From Pyrinomonadaceae bacterium (GTDB lineage: Bacteria > Acidobacteriota > Blastocatellia > Pyrinomonadales > Pyrinomonadaceae), in the NCBI GenBank assembly GCA_036399175.1, contig DASWNP010000007.1:1-23975 (forward strand): a stretch of 23,975 nucleotides of DNA. The letters run 5' to 3'. Of the stretch, positions 16,157 through 23,975 are shown piece by piece (the first letter of the stretch is position 1; the number at the start of each line of letters is the position of its first letter). Below the pieces are notes generated by a model. That model ran no database searches. It was given only the letters and a program-made list of their open reading frames with translations, and was not told where the DNA came from. The position numbers and the translations under genes are program-made.

Positions 16157-17377
16157 TCATTTGAGGGCGTCGCCCGAGTGTTCGGCGACTGTGTGGACAT
16201 CCTTGTCGCCGCGTCCCGAAAGGTTGACGAGAATCGACTGTTCCGACTTCAACTCGCGCGCGAGCCTGAGCGCATAGGCGACGGCATGCGCCGATTCGAG
16301 CGCGGGGATGATGCCCTCAAGGCGCGAAAGCGTGCGGAAGGCTTCGAGCGCCTCTGTGTCGGAGGCCGAAGCATATTCGACGCGCCCGGCGTCGTGCAGG
16401 TAGGCGTGCTCAGGCCCGATGGAAGGATAATCGAGACCTGCGGAGATGGAATGTGTCCCGGCAATCTGCCCGCGCTCGTCCTGTAAGACGTAGCTGAGCG
16501 TGCCCTGCAACACGCCGGGACGCCCGCCGCCGCTGCCCTGTTTGAAACGCGCCGCGTGCTCGCCCAGACTATCGCCGCGCCCGCCCGCCTCGACGCCCAC
16601 CATCCGAACCCCTTCGTCCGCGAGGAACGGATAGAAGAGCCCGATGGAGTTCGACCCGCCGCCGACGCACGCGACCAAGACATCAGGCAGATGCCCTTCC
16701 CTTTCGAGAAACTGCGTGCGCGCTTCCCTGCCGATGACGCTCTGAAACTCGCGCACCATCAGAGGGTATGGATGCGGCCCGAGCGCGCTCCCCAGGAGGT
16801 AGTAAGTATCCGAAGGCGTCGAGACCCAATCGCGCAGGGCTTCGTTGATGGCGTCCTTGAGCGTCTGCGAGCCCGCTTTGACTTCGCGCACTTCAGCGCC
16901 GAGCAACTGCATGCGAAAGACGTTGAGGCGCTGCCGGCGCATGTCCTCTGCGCCCATGTAGACGACGCATTGGAGACCGAAGAGCGCGCAGACTGTGGCC
17001 GTCGCAACGCCGTGCTGCCCCGCGCCCGTCTCGGCGATGATGCGACGCTTGCCCATCCTCTGTGCGAGCAAAGCCTGTCCGAGCGCGTTGTTGATTTTGT
17101 GAGAGCCCGTGTGCGAGAGGTCTTCGCGCTTGAGGAAGATGCGCGCGCCGCCCGCCGCCTCTGTCAGACGCGCGGCGTAGAAGAGCGGCGTCGGGCGTCC
17201 GGAATAATCGCGCAGCAGCGCGGCAAACTCCGACAGAAAAGTCTCGTCCGTCTGCGCCGAGGCGTAGGCTTCGGTCAATTCTTCTAGCGGAGCCATCAGA
17301 GTCTCCGGCACGAAGCGCCCGCCGTAAGCTCCCCAGCGCCCGCGCTCGTCAGGCTCTTTTCTCGCCGTCTCGGTCAT
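16157..17377 (-). CDS. trpB: Tryptophan synthase beta subunit
   Basis: PLP-enzyme motifs are present: [31 protein letters not shown] and GGGSNSIG. The size is 406 aa. Confidence 0.95.
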   Translation of the reverse strand: MTETARKEPDERGRWGAYGGRFVPETLMAPLEELTEAYASAQTDETFLSEFAALLRDYSGRPTPLFYAARLTEAAGGARIFLKREDLSHTGSHKINNALGQALLAQRMGKRRIIAETGAGQHGVATATVCALFGLQCVVYMGAEDMRRQRLNVFRMQLLGAEVREVKAGSQTLKDAINEALRDWVSTPSDTYYLLGSALGPHPYPLMVREFQSVIGREARTQFLEREGHLPDVLVACVGGGSNSIGLFYPFLADEGVRMVGVEAGGRGDSLGEHAARFKQGSGGGRPGVLQGTLSYVLQDERGQIAGTHSISAGLDYPSIGPEHAYLHDAGRVEYASASDTEALEAFRTLSRLEGIIPALESAHAVAYALRLARELKSEQSILVNLSGRGDKDVHTVAEHSGDALK

Positions 17378-17446
17378 TCAAAAAACTTCCCTTTGCTTTG
17401 GTCTCGACAAACCGACGGCCGGAACTGCCGCAGCTACTTTTAACTT

Positions 17447-19573
17447 CTATTCTTTCACCTGAGCATTGCTCGCGCGGCTCGACTCGCCCAGATATTTCTC
17501 GAACCATTCGAGGTTGGTGAGCATCGCTTTGAGAATCATCTTCGGCTCGTTGGGGCCGTGCGGCTGGCGCGGGAGCACAATCATGCGCGTCGGCACGCCC
17601 TGCGCGCGCAGAGCGTTGTAGAGTTCGTAGCCTTGCGAGGGCGGCACGCGGTCGTCGGCCTCGCCGTGCTGGATGAGCGTCGGCGTGGTGACGCCTTTGA
17701 CGAAGGAGATGGGCGAGTGTGCGCGATAGATGTCGAGATTTTCCCAGGGCTGACCGCCGAAGTAGTCCGGAATGAAGCTTGGAATGTCGGCTGTGCCGGT
17801 GAAGCTCTGGAGGTTTGTGACGGGCGCGCCCGCCGAGGCAGCTTTGAAGCGTCGAGTATGCGTGATAATCCAGGAGGTCATATAGCCGCCGTAGCTCCAG
17901 CCCATCACGCCGAGGCGCTCGGGGTCGGCCACACCTATCTCGACGAGCTTATCGACGCCCTTCATCAAGTCCTCGTAATCCCTGCCGCCCCAATCCTTGA
18001 TGTTTGCGTAGCGGAAAGTCTGCCCGTAGCCGGACGAGCCGCGCGGGTTCGGTCGGAGCACGGCGTAGCCACGCGAGGCGAAGACGGCGAGCGGGTAGGG
18101 CGTGCGACTGCTGGCGATGAAGACCTGATTGAAGACGCCCATCGGGCCGCCGTGAATGTTGAGAATGAGAGGCACGCGTTTGCCCGTCTGGTAGTTTGCC
18201 GGATAGGTAAGCAAGCCTTCGATGTCCATGCCGTCAGCGCTCTTCCAGCGCACGAGTTCGGTTCTGCCGAGCGGCAGTCGCGGCAGGTCTGCGTTGGCAC
18301 GACTGACCTGCACGGGCGCGAAGTTGTCTGCGCGCGTGACGAAAGCTTCGGGCGGACGGTCGGAACTTTGGGCGACGAAACCGAGCATCGTGCCCGTCCG
18401 GTTGAGGTTGATGCCGCCGTAGACTTCGTTCGTCGTGCGATTGATTTCGCCGACGGTGTTCGTCTCGACGTTGAGCGCGTAGATGCGCGTGGCCGTGCCG
18501 AAGGCTTCGCTGAAGTAGACGCGCTTTGCGTCAGCCGACCAGCCGATGAGGTTGGGCTGCGCGTCGTAGGTGGCGGCGACGGCTCGCGGCGTGCCGCCCT
18601 GTGCGGGCATCAGGTATAGGGCATTGCTGCCCGCCCAGCGCGGAGGATTGTCGGAGATGCTCAAGGCAATCCACTTGCCGTCGGGCGAATAGAGCGGCTG
18701 CGACTCGGCTGAAGAAGTGGCCGCAAGCGTGCGCGCCTGCCCGCTCGCCACATCGACGACGGAGACATCGCTCGTCGTCCAGTAGTCGGCCTTCGGAAAT
18801 TTGGTGTGAGCGTAGACGATTGACTTCGCGTCGGGCGACCAGTCGAAGCTGTTGACGTTGTAATCGGCGCTCGTCAAACGTCTTGGCTCGCGCCGCCCGG
18901 CGGCGTCCTTTGCAACCGCGACGACGTAGAGCCTGCTCAGCTTGACGTTTTCATCCACCCAGCGCCAATCGTCTTTTCCCTTCAACAGCTTCTCTTCGTC
19001 TTCGGTCGTCGCGTCGCGCATGGTGAAAGCTATCTGCCTGCCGTCGGGCGACCACGAGTAGCTGCCGACTGCGGTCTTCACGTCCGTTATCTGCTCGGCC
19101 TCGCCGCCCGTCATGCGCAGCAGGTAGAGATTGTTTTTGCCCGAGCGATTCGAGATGAAGGCGAGCAGGCGGCCGTCGGGCGACCATTGCGGGTCGGTCG
19201 AAGATTTGTCGTGGAAGGTGAGCTGCGCGATGTCTGTGCCGTCGGCGTTGGCCGTGAAAATCTGCGAGACGTATTCGCTTCTGTCGGGCGTCATCACCGC
19301 GCTCGTGACGATGTAGGCGACGCGACGCCCGTCGGGCGAAACGCGCACGGCGCTGCCCGAGCCCGGCACCGTCCCGACGCTCTTGACCTTCATCGTCTGC
19401 TCAGGCGTCCAGACAGCCTGCGCCGTCTCCTGCTGCGCGAAGACGAAAAGATTCTCGGAGACGACCAGCAGCAGTATCAGCACCGGCAGAATTTGAGTCT
19501 TGATTCGAGCTTTGACCAAGCGCATCGACAGAGTTCTCCTTTGCCTTTCTTTCATCCTGTCTATCCTGTCCAT
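17447..19573 (-). CDS. S9-family serine peptidase (prolyl oligopeptidase/acylaminoacyl-peptidase-like), beta-propeller N-domain, secreted
   Basis: N-terminal signal peptide (ILPVLILLLVV...VFAQQ). Repeated SPDG/WSPDG propeller blades. The C-terminal alpha/beta hydrolase has GWSYGG (GxSxG), then later Asp and His (HGEADDRVP...PRQPHG). Confidence 0.85.
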   Translation of the reverse strand: MDRIDRMKERQRRTLSMRLVKARIKTQILPVLILLLVVSENLFVFAQQETAQAVWTPEQTMKVKSVGTVPGSGSAVRVSPDGRRVAYIVTSAVMTPDRSEYVSQIFTANADGTDIAQLTFHDKSSTDPQWSPDGRLLAFISNRSGKNNLYLLRMTGGEAEQITDVKTAVGSYSWSPDGRQIAFTMRDATTEDEEKLLKGKDDWRWVDENVKLSRLYVVAVAKDAAGRREPRRLTSADYNVNSFDWSPDAKSIVYAHTKFPKADYWTTSDVSVVDVASGQARTLAATSSAESQPLYSPDGKWIALSISDNPPRWAGSNALYLMPAQGGTPRAVAATYDAQPNLIGWSADAKRVYFSEAFGTATRIYALNVETNTVGEINRTTNEVYGGINLNRTGTMLGFVAQSSDRPPEAFVTRADNFAPVQVSRANADLPRLPLGRTELVRWKSADGMDIEGLLTYPANYQTGKRVPLILNIHGGPMGVFNQVFIASSRTPYPLAVFASRGYAVLRPNPRGSSGYGQTFRYANIKDWGGRDYEDLMKGVDKLVEIGVADPERLGVMGWSYGGYMTSWIITHTRRFKAASAGAPVTNLQSFTGTADIPSFIPDYFGGQPWENLDIYRAHSPISFVKGVTTPTLIQHGEADDRVPPSQGYELYNALRAQGVPTRMIVLPRQPHGPNEPKMILKAMLTNLEWFEKYLGESSRASNAQVKE

Positions 19574-19578
19574 CCCTG

Positions 19579-20514
19579 TTAATTTCCGCCCTGCGTTTCG
19601 GCGATGACAGTGCGGTTGCGGCCTTCGTGTTTGGCGCGATAGAGGGCTGCGTCGGTGGCGGAATAGAGGGCGCGCTCGGTGCGCGCGTGCGAGGGGCAGG
19701 CGGCGACGCCGAGACTGACGCTGACCGTGCCGACCTCCTCCAGAGGCTCGGCGCAGACGGCGAGGCGCAGTCGCTCGGCGGCGGCTGCCGCCTTCGCGCT
19801 GTCAGCGCCGGCCAGAAGCAGTGCGAACTCTTCGCCTCCGAGACGCGCCGCCGTATCGTTGTCGCGCGAGAGCGCGGCGAGCGAAGTGGCGACGTGGCAG
19901 ATAACCATGTCGCCCGCCGCATGTCCGTGCCGGTCGTTAATCTGCTTGAGATGGTCGATGTCCACGAGCAGGAGCGCGCAGGGCAATTCGTACCTGCGCC
20001 AGCGCTCAAGCTCCTGATGGAGCGCGTTGCGAAAGCGGCGTCGGTTGGAGAGGCCGGTCAGGTAGTCGAGGTCGGCCTCGGCGCGCAGCCTGTCCATCGT
20101 CTGCTTGAGCGACGCGAGCTGCTCGACGCGCGCCATGAGCAGGGCACGCTCGGCGGGCAGTTGAAAATAGTCGAACGCCCCTAGCGTGAGCGCCGCGCTG
20201 CGCCGCGCGCCGTTGGCTTCCGCATCGCCGACGAGGACGAGCGGCAAGCTGTCCTGCGCACGCGAAAGCTTGAGCGCCAACTCGTCCGCGCCGATGCCTC
20301 GCAGGTTCGTGTCGGCGATGACGACATCGGGGCGCGAGCGTCCAAGCTCGACCAGAGCCTGAGCGCCCCTTGCGACATCCACGACGTTGAAGCCCGCGCT
20401 CTCCAGAAGCTCCCGGTAAGCTCCGACAACCGGGTCGTCAGTGACGAGCAGAACGCGCCCCTGGTCGCGCGAACCGGCGCGCGGCGTATCTCTCTTTCCG
20501 GCTGTTGCACTCAT
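19579..20514 (-). CDS. Response regulator with GGDEF output domain (PleD-like diguanylate cyclase)
   Basis: REC domain (VLLVTDD...VVIADTNL...VLVGD). The GGDEF domain has an intact GGEEF and an RxxD I-site (RDNDTAARLGGEEF). Confidence 0.85.
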   Translation of the reverse strand: MSATAGKRDTPRAGSRDQGRVLLVTDDPVVGAYRELLESAGFNVVDVARGAQALVELGRSRPDVVIADTNLRGIGADELALKLSRAQDSLPLVLVGDAEANGARRSAALTLGAFDYFQLPAERALLMARVEQLASLKQTMDRLRAEADLDYLTGLSNRRRFRNALHQELERWRRYELPCALLLVDIDHLKQINDRHGHAAGDMVICHVATSLAALSRDNDTAARLGGEEFALLLAGADSAKAAAAAERLRLAVCAEPLEEVGTVSVSLGVAACPSHARTERALYSATDAALYRAKHEGRNRTVIAETQGGN

Positions 20515-20577
20515 AAGAAGCGGATGTCGGGTATTAGAAACGGGAACGGGCTGCCGTTTGAAGGCTCAGGCTTTGGC

Positions 20578-20606
20578 TGACATCTGACAGACGACATCTG
20601 ACATCT
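20578..20606. repeat. Direct repeat GACATCTGACA x2 in the upstream region of the GGDEF regulator
   Basis: tGACATCTGACAgacGACATCTGACAtct. The repeat units are 14 nt apart. It lies about 25 nt after the trpF stop and about 90 nt upstream of the GGDEF ATG. Confidence 0.4.
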
Positions 20607-20647
20607 ATTCGGTCGGCGCGTCAAGGCTCGGCGGGCGCTTCAAGAGA

Positions 20648-21274
20648 CTACGCGCTCGCGCCGCGCACGGCGCGGATGAAGGCGCGAATGCGCGCGTGGT
20701 CTTTCCTCGCGGGCGCGCTCTCCACGCCGCTACACACATCGACGGCGAAAGGCTCGACCGCCGCTATCGCTTCCGGCACGTTCTCAGGCGTCAGCCCGCC
20801 CGCGAGATACAACTGCGGAACGAGAGCGCGCACGCGACGCGCAATCGACCAGTCGAACGTCTCGCCCGTGCCGCCGCGCCCCGCCTTCGAGAAGGCGTCG
20901 AGCAGCACCGCGCTTGCCCCGAACGTCGCGGCGCTCTCCGGCTCGAAATCGTCGCCGACCCGCAGAGCCTTGATAATCGTCTGCCCGACGAGGCGGCGAC
21001 AGTAATCCGGCGTCTCGTCGCCGTGCAACTGCACGGCACGCACGCCCGCCTCCGACGCGATGCGAGCCAGCCTTTCAGGCTCGCGCACGTTGACGAACAC
21101 GCCGACAGGGAGAACCCCCTCCGGCAACTCTTCGATAATCCTTCGCGCCGCCTGCGGAGAGATGTAGCGCACGCTCCGTCGCCAGAAATTGAAGCCGAGC
21201 GCATCCGCGCCAGCCTCGACGGCAGCCCGCGCGTCCGCACCGGTAGTGATACCGCAAATCTTCACTTGAATCAT
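20648..21274 (-). CDS. trpF: Phosphoribosylanthranilate isomerase
   Basis: VKICGIT...GADALGFNF...VQLHGDE...GGLTPENV. The size is 208 aa and it overlaps trpC by 4 nt. Confidence 0.9.
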   Translation of the reverse strand: MIQVKICGITTGADARAAVEAGADALGFNFWRRSVRYISPQAARRIIEELPEGVLPVGVFVNVREPERLARIASEAGVRAVQLHGDETPDYCRRLVGQTIIKALRVGDDFEPESAATFGASAVLLDAFSKAGRGGTGETFDWSIARRVRALVPQLYLAGGLTPENVPEAIAAVEPFAVDVCSGVESAPARKDHARIRAFIRAVRGASA

Positions 21275-22086
21275 AGAGCTTTTGATTCCTGAATCAGGGC
21301 GCTGAGCGCTTCGGCGGGATCTTCGGAGCGCATGAGGGTTTCGCCGACGAGAAAGCCTTTGTAGCCGTGCGAGCGAAGGCGTCGGATGTCGGCGGCGGTG
21401 CTGATGCCGCTTTCGCTGACGAGGAGCGTGCCTGTCGGCGCTTGAGAAGCAAGCTGAAGGGACGTTTCAAGTGATACGTCGAAGGTTTGCAGGTTGCGAT
21501 TGTTGACGCCGACGAGAGTTGCACCGGCATCGACCGCGCGATGCAGCTCTTCGCTCGTATGCACTTCGACGAGCGCATCCATCCTTAAATCTTCTTCGGC
21601 GAGTCGGCGCAGGCGCAGGAGCGCGTCCGCGTCGAGAGCGGCGACGATAAGCAGCAGCGCGTCTGCGCCCGCCGCAGCCGCTTCGTGGACTTGATATTCG
21701 TCGAAGATAAAATCCTTACGCAGAAGCGGCAGCGCGACCATCTGGCGCACTTCGCTGAGGTCTGCGAGCGAGCCGCGAAAGTGGTCTTCCTCGGTCAGAA
21801 TCGAGATGGCCGCCGCGCCGCCCCCGGCGTAAGCCCGCGCCAGCTCCGAAGGCACAACCGTCTCTCGAACCGTTCCCTTCGAGGGAGAAGCGCGCTTTAT
21901 CTCGGCGATGATATGGACGCGCTCTTTGCCCTCAAGCGCGGCGCGCAACGCATGTGCGGGCGCAAGGGAACGCGCACGCCGCGCTTCGTCGCGCAGCAGT
22001 TCGAGCGACTTCTCGCCTCGGGCGCGTGCGAGGCGTCGCCGTTTGTCGGCGATGATTCGGTCGAGAAAGTTCGTCGTCTGCATCAA
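21271..22086 (-). CDS. trpC: Indole-3-glycerol-phosphate synthase
   Basis: IIAEIKRASPSKG, LRKDFIFDEYQ, LLIVAAL and VGVNNRNLQTF motifs. The size is 271 aa. Confidence 0.9.
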   Translation of the reverse strand: MMQTTNFLDRIIADKRRRLARARGEKSLELLRDEARRARSLAPAHALRAALEGKERVHIIAEIKRASPSKGTVRETVVPSELARAYAGGGAAAISILTEEDHFRGSLADLSEVRQMVALPLLRKDFIFDEYQVHEAAAAGADALLLIVAALDADALLRLRRLAEEDLRMDALVEVHTSEELHRAVDAGATLVGVNNRNLQTFDVSLETSLQLASQAPTGTLLVSESGISTAADIRRLRSHGYKGFLVGETLMRSEDPAEALSALIQESKAL

Positions 22087-23201
22087 GCGTTCGTGGCCTC
22101 GATTAACTCACGGAGCTTTCTGAGAGCCGCGCGGTCGCTGATGCTCGCTTCGGCGAGTCGCGTCGCTTCGAGCAGGCTCTCTGCCGCGCCGCCGACGTAG
22201 AGCGCCGCCGCCGCGTTGGCGAGGATGAGCGAGCGAGCGGCGTCGTGCCGCGCGCCTTCGAGCACTTCTCGAATGATGCGCGCGTTCATCTCCGCATCGC
22301 CGCCGCGCAAAGCTTCGAGCGACGCACGACCGAGGCCGAAATCCTCCGGCTCAATCTCAAACACTTTGACGCCGCCCTCGCGCGCTTCGGCGACCAGAGT
22401 CTTTCCCGAGAGCGTCACTTCGTCGAGGCCGTCCGAGCCGTGCACGACCCATGCGTGTTCAGTCCCAAGCTCGACGAGCGTGCGCGCCAGTGGCTCGACG
22501 AGCGCCTCGTGCCAGACGCCGATTATCTGTCGCGTCGCGCCGGCCGGATTCGTCAGAGGGCCGAGCAGGTTGAAGGTCGTATGCACGCCAAGCTCGCGCC
22601 TGACGCTTGCGACGCGCGCCGTCGCGCCGTGATAGAGCGGCGCGAACATGAAGCAGATGCCCAGCTCGTTCAGGCAACGCTCGGAGACCGACGGCTCGCA
22701 ACCGACGCCGACGCCGAGCGCCGCGAGCACGTCGGCGCTGCCCGAACGACTCGTCGCCGCGCGGCTGCCGTGCTTCGCTACCGCGAGCCCCGCACCGGCG
22801 ACGACGAAGGCGGCGGCGGTCGAGACGTTGAAAGTCTTCGCGCTGCTTGAGCCTGTGCCCGCCGTGTCGATGAAGCGTTCGTGGCGGGCGGCGAGACGAA
22901 CGGCGCGGGCGCGCATCGCGGAAGCCATCCCCGCAAGCTCTTCGACCGTCTCGCCCTTGACGGCCAGCGCCACCAGTGCGGCGGCAATCTGCGCGTCGGT
23001 GGCTGCTCCATCAAGAAGCGCATCCAGGAGCGACGCTGCTTCCTCCCGGCGCAAATCCTCACCGCGCATCAGGCGCAGCATCAGAGCGCGCAAAGACGCC
23101 CCTTCAGCCCCCGCCTCGTCGCGCCGCGAGGGCGTCGGCAGCAGCCAGCGTGGCCGCGCGTCGCGTTCGTCGCTTGTGTCTTTCATAAAAGCTTTCAGCA
23201 A
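22083..23201 (-). CDS. trpD: Anthranilate phosphoribosyltransferase
   Basis: DTAGTGSSSAKTFNVSTAAAFVVAGAGLAVAKHGSRAATS...GVHTTFNLLGPLTNPAG. The start is either TTG at 23201 or ATG at 23186 (MKDTS...). Confidence 0.9.
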   Translation of the reverse strand: MLKAFMKDTSDERDARPRWLLPTPSRRDEAGAEGASLRALMLRLMRGEDLRREEAASLLDALLDGAATDAQIAAALVALAVKGETVEELAGMASAMRARAVRLAARHERFIDTAGTGSSSAKTFNVSTAAAFVVAGAGLAVAKHGSRAATSRSGSADVLAALGVGVGCEPSVSERCLNELGICFMFAPLYHGATARVASVRRELGVHTTFNLLGPLTNPAGATRQIIGVWHEALVEPLARTLVELGTEHAWVVHGSDGLDEVTLSGKTLVAEAREGGVKVFEIEPEDFGLGRASLEALRGGDAEMNARIIREVLEGARHDAARSLILANAAAALYVGGAAESLLEATRLAEASISDRAALRKLRELIEATNA

Positions 23202-23331
23202 TCAGCTTTCAGCGTTCAGCCAGGCCTTTTGAATGTCGCAGCCAGTTGACGGCTTTCGATGCATGCGGGTTTCCAATGCGGACAATGCTCTTCCCTTCCG
23301 GCTGAAAGCTGAAAGCTGACAAGCTGACTGC
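23202..23331. repeat. Long-range inverted repeat built from tandem GCTTTCAGC / GCTGAAAGC units, filling the trpG-trpD intergenic region
   Basis: The 5' arm is aagctttcagcaatcagctttcagcgttcagcc and the 3' arm is ggctgaaagctgaaagctgacaagctgactgc. They are about 20 bp complementary with one mismatch and enclose a loop of about 65 nt. Confidence 0.5.
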
Positions 23332-23336
23332 TCTCT

Positions 23337-23903
23337 TCACATCTTCAGAAAATTGGCGAGCAGCCGTTTGCCTTCGGTTGTCAGGATTGATTCGGGATGA
23401 AACTGTACGCCTTCGACCTTCAGGGTGCGATGGCGCAAGCCCATGATGACGCCGTCGGGCGTCGTCGCCGAAATCTCCAGGCTCGCGGGCAGGCTCTCGC
23501 GCTCGACGACGAGCGAATGATAGCGTGCGGCCTTGAAGCGATATTCGAGGCCGTCGAAAATCGTTTTGCCGTCGTGACAAATCTCCGCTGCTTTGCCGTG
23601 AACGGGTTCGGGCGCACGCACGACCCGACCGCCGAAAACCTGTCCGATGGCCTGATGTCCGAGACAGACGCCGAGCAGGGGCACGCGCCCCGCGAAGCGT
23701 TCAATCACTGCGAGCGTGATGCCCGCCTCGTCAGGCGTTCCCGGCCCGGGCGAAATCAGAATCTTGTCGGGGCGCAAGCTCTGCTCCACCTCTTCGAGCG
23801 TCAGCTCGTCGTTACGGCGCACCGACATCACCGCGCCAAGCTCGCCGAGATACTGCACGAGGTTATAAGTGAACGAATCGTAGTTGTCGATAACCAGAAT
23901 CAT
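23337..23903 (-). CDS. trpG: Anthranilate synthase component II / glutamine amidotransferase (TrpG/PabA)
   Basis: MILVIDNYDSFTYNLVQYL...GVCLGHQAI...HPES. This is the class-I GATase triad context. The size is 188 aa. Confidence 0.9.
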   Translation of the reverse strand: MILVIDNYDSFTYNLVQYLGELGAVMSVRRNDELTLEEVEQSLRPDKILISPGPGTPDEAGITLAVIERFAGRVPLLGVCLGHQAIGQVFGGRVVRAPEPVHGKAAEICHDGKTIFDGLEYRFKAARYHSLVVERESLPASLEISATTPDGVIMGLRHRTLKVEGVQFHPESILTTEGKRLLANFLKM

Positions 23904-23909
23904 TATAAA

Positions 23910-23955
23910 GTCTGGAGTCTAGAGTCTAGAGTCTGGAGTCTGGAGTCTGGAGTCA
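23910..23955. repeat. Heptanucleotide tandem repeat, 6.5 copies of AGTCTGG/AGTCTAG, immediately upstream of the trpG start
   Basis: agtctgg agtctag agtctag agtctgg agtctgg agtctgg agtc. It ends 7 nt from the trpG ATG at 23903. No SD is visible for trpG on the minus strand. Confidence 0.8.
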
Positions 23956-23975
23956 AAGACAAATGCTTTTAGTTT

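Noticed and set aside
17558-18619. 353-aa plus-strand ORF
   Set aside because: It is antisense to the S9 peptidase and Arg/Ala/Gly-rich. The peptidase frame carries clear catalytic motifs, so this is a shadow ORF.
23209-23336. Possible trp leader peptide (MHRKPSTGCDIQKAWLNAES) in the trpG-trpD spacer
   Set aside because: It has only a single Trp codon, no SD and it is not at the operon 5' end. Treated as a chance ORF inside a structured repeat element.
1-23975. CRISPR arrays, transposases, integrases, restriction-modification genes and toxin-antitoxin pairs
   Set aside because: None seen. There are no regularly spaced 25-40-nt repeats with unique spacers and no ORF with recombinase, DDE, nuclease or helicase motifs. 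The only short tandem arrays are the 7-mer at 23910 and the 26-mer at 15297.

Overview
This is a high-GC (roughly 60-65%) bacterial chromosomal window in which every confidently called gene lies on the minus strand. Large plus-strand ORFs in the track are Arg/Leu-rich antisense shadows of those genes.

In minus-strand transcription order (high to low coordinate) the window contains:
- A split tryptophan operon: trpG-trpD-trpC-trpF, then a response-regulator-GGDEF diguanylate cyclase and an S9 serine peptidase, then trpB-trpA.
- recA, with a candidate Cheo-like SOS box about 95 nt upstream.
- An MtaD-like amidohydrolase.
- An AT-rich structured intergenic region (about 11.1-12.4 kb) holding tRNA-Phe(GAA), several perfect hairpins and two divergent near-consensus sigma70 promoters. 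One of these is oriented into a gene-free stretch on the plus strand and may drive a small RNA.
- A DUF2975-like membrane protein, an XRE-family HTH regulator and a small membrane protein, apparently one operon with a palindromic operator.
- An FkbM-family methyltransferase, a GNAT acetyltransferase, a squalene/phytoene-synthase-family enzyme and a stand-alone PilZ protein.
- A membrane protein followed by an unusually long flotillin/SPFH protein whose N-terminal region carries internal tandem repeats.
- A hypothetical triad next to an ECF sigma / anti-sigma pair: a small Cys-rich signal-peptide ORF, a 289-aa protein with a Gly/Ala/Cys-rich hydrophobic tail, and an 86-aa membrane protein. The anti-sigma gene runs off the window start and is absent from the ORF track.

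There is no CRISPR array, transposase, integrase or recognisable defence gene. The most unusual content is listed in the findings and is offered as a set of hypotheses, not a confirmed novel system.
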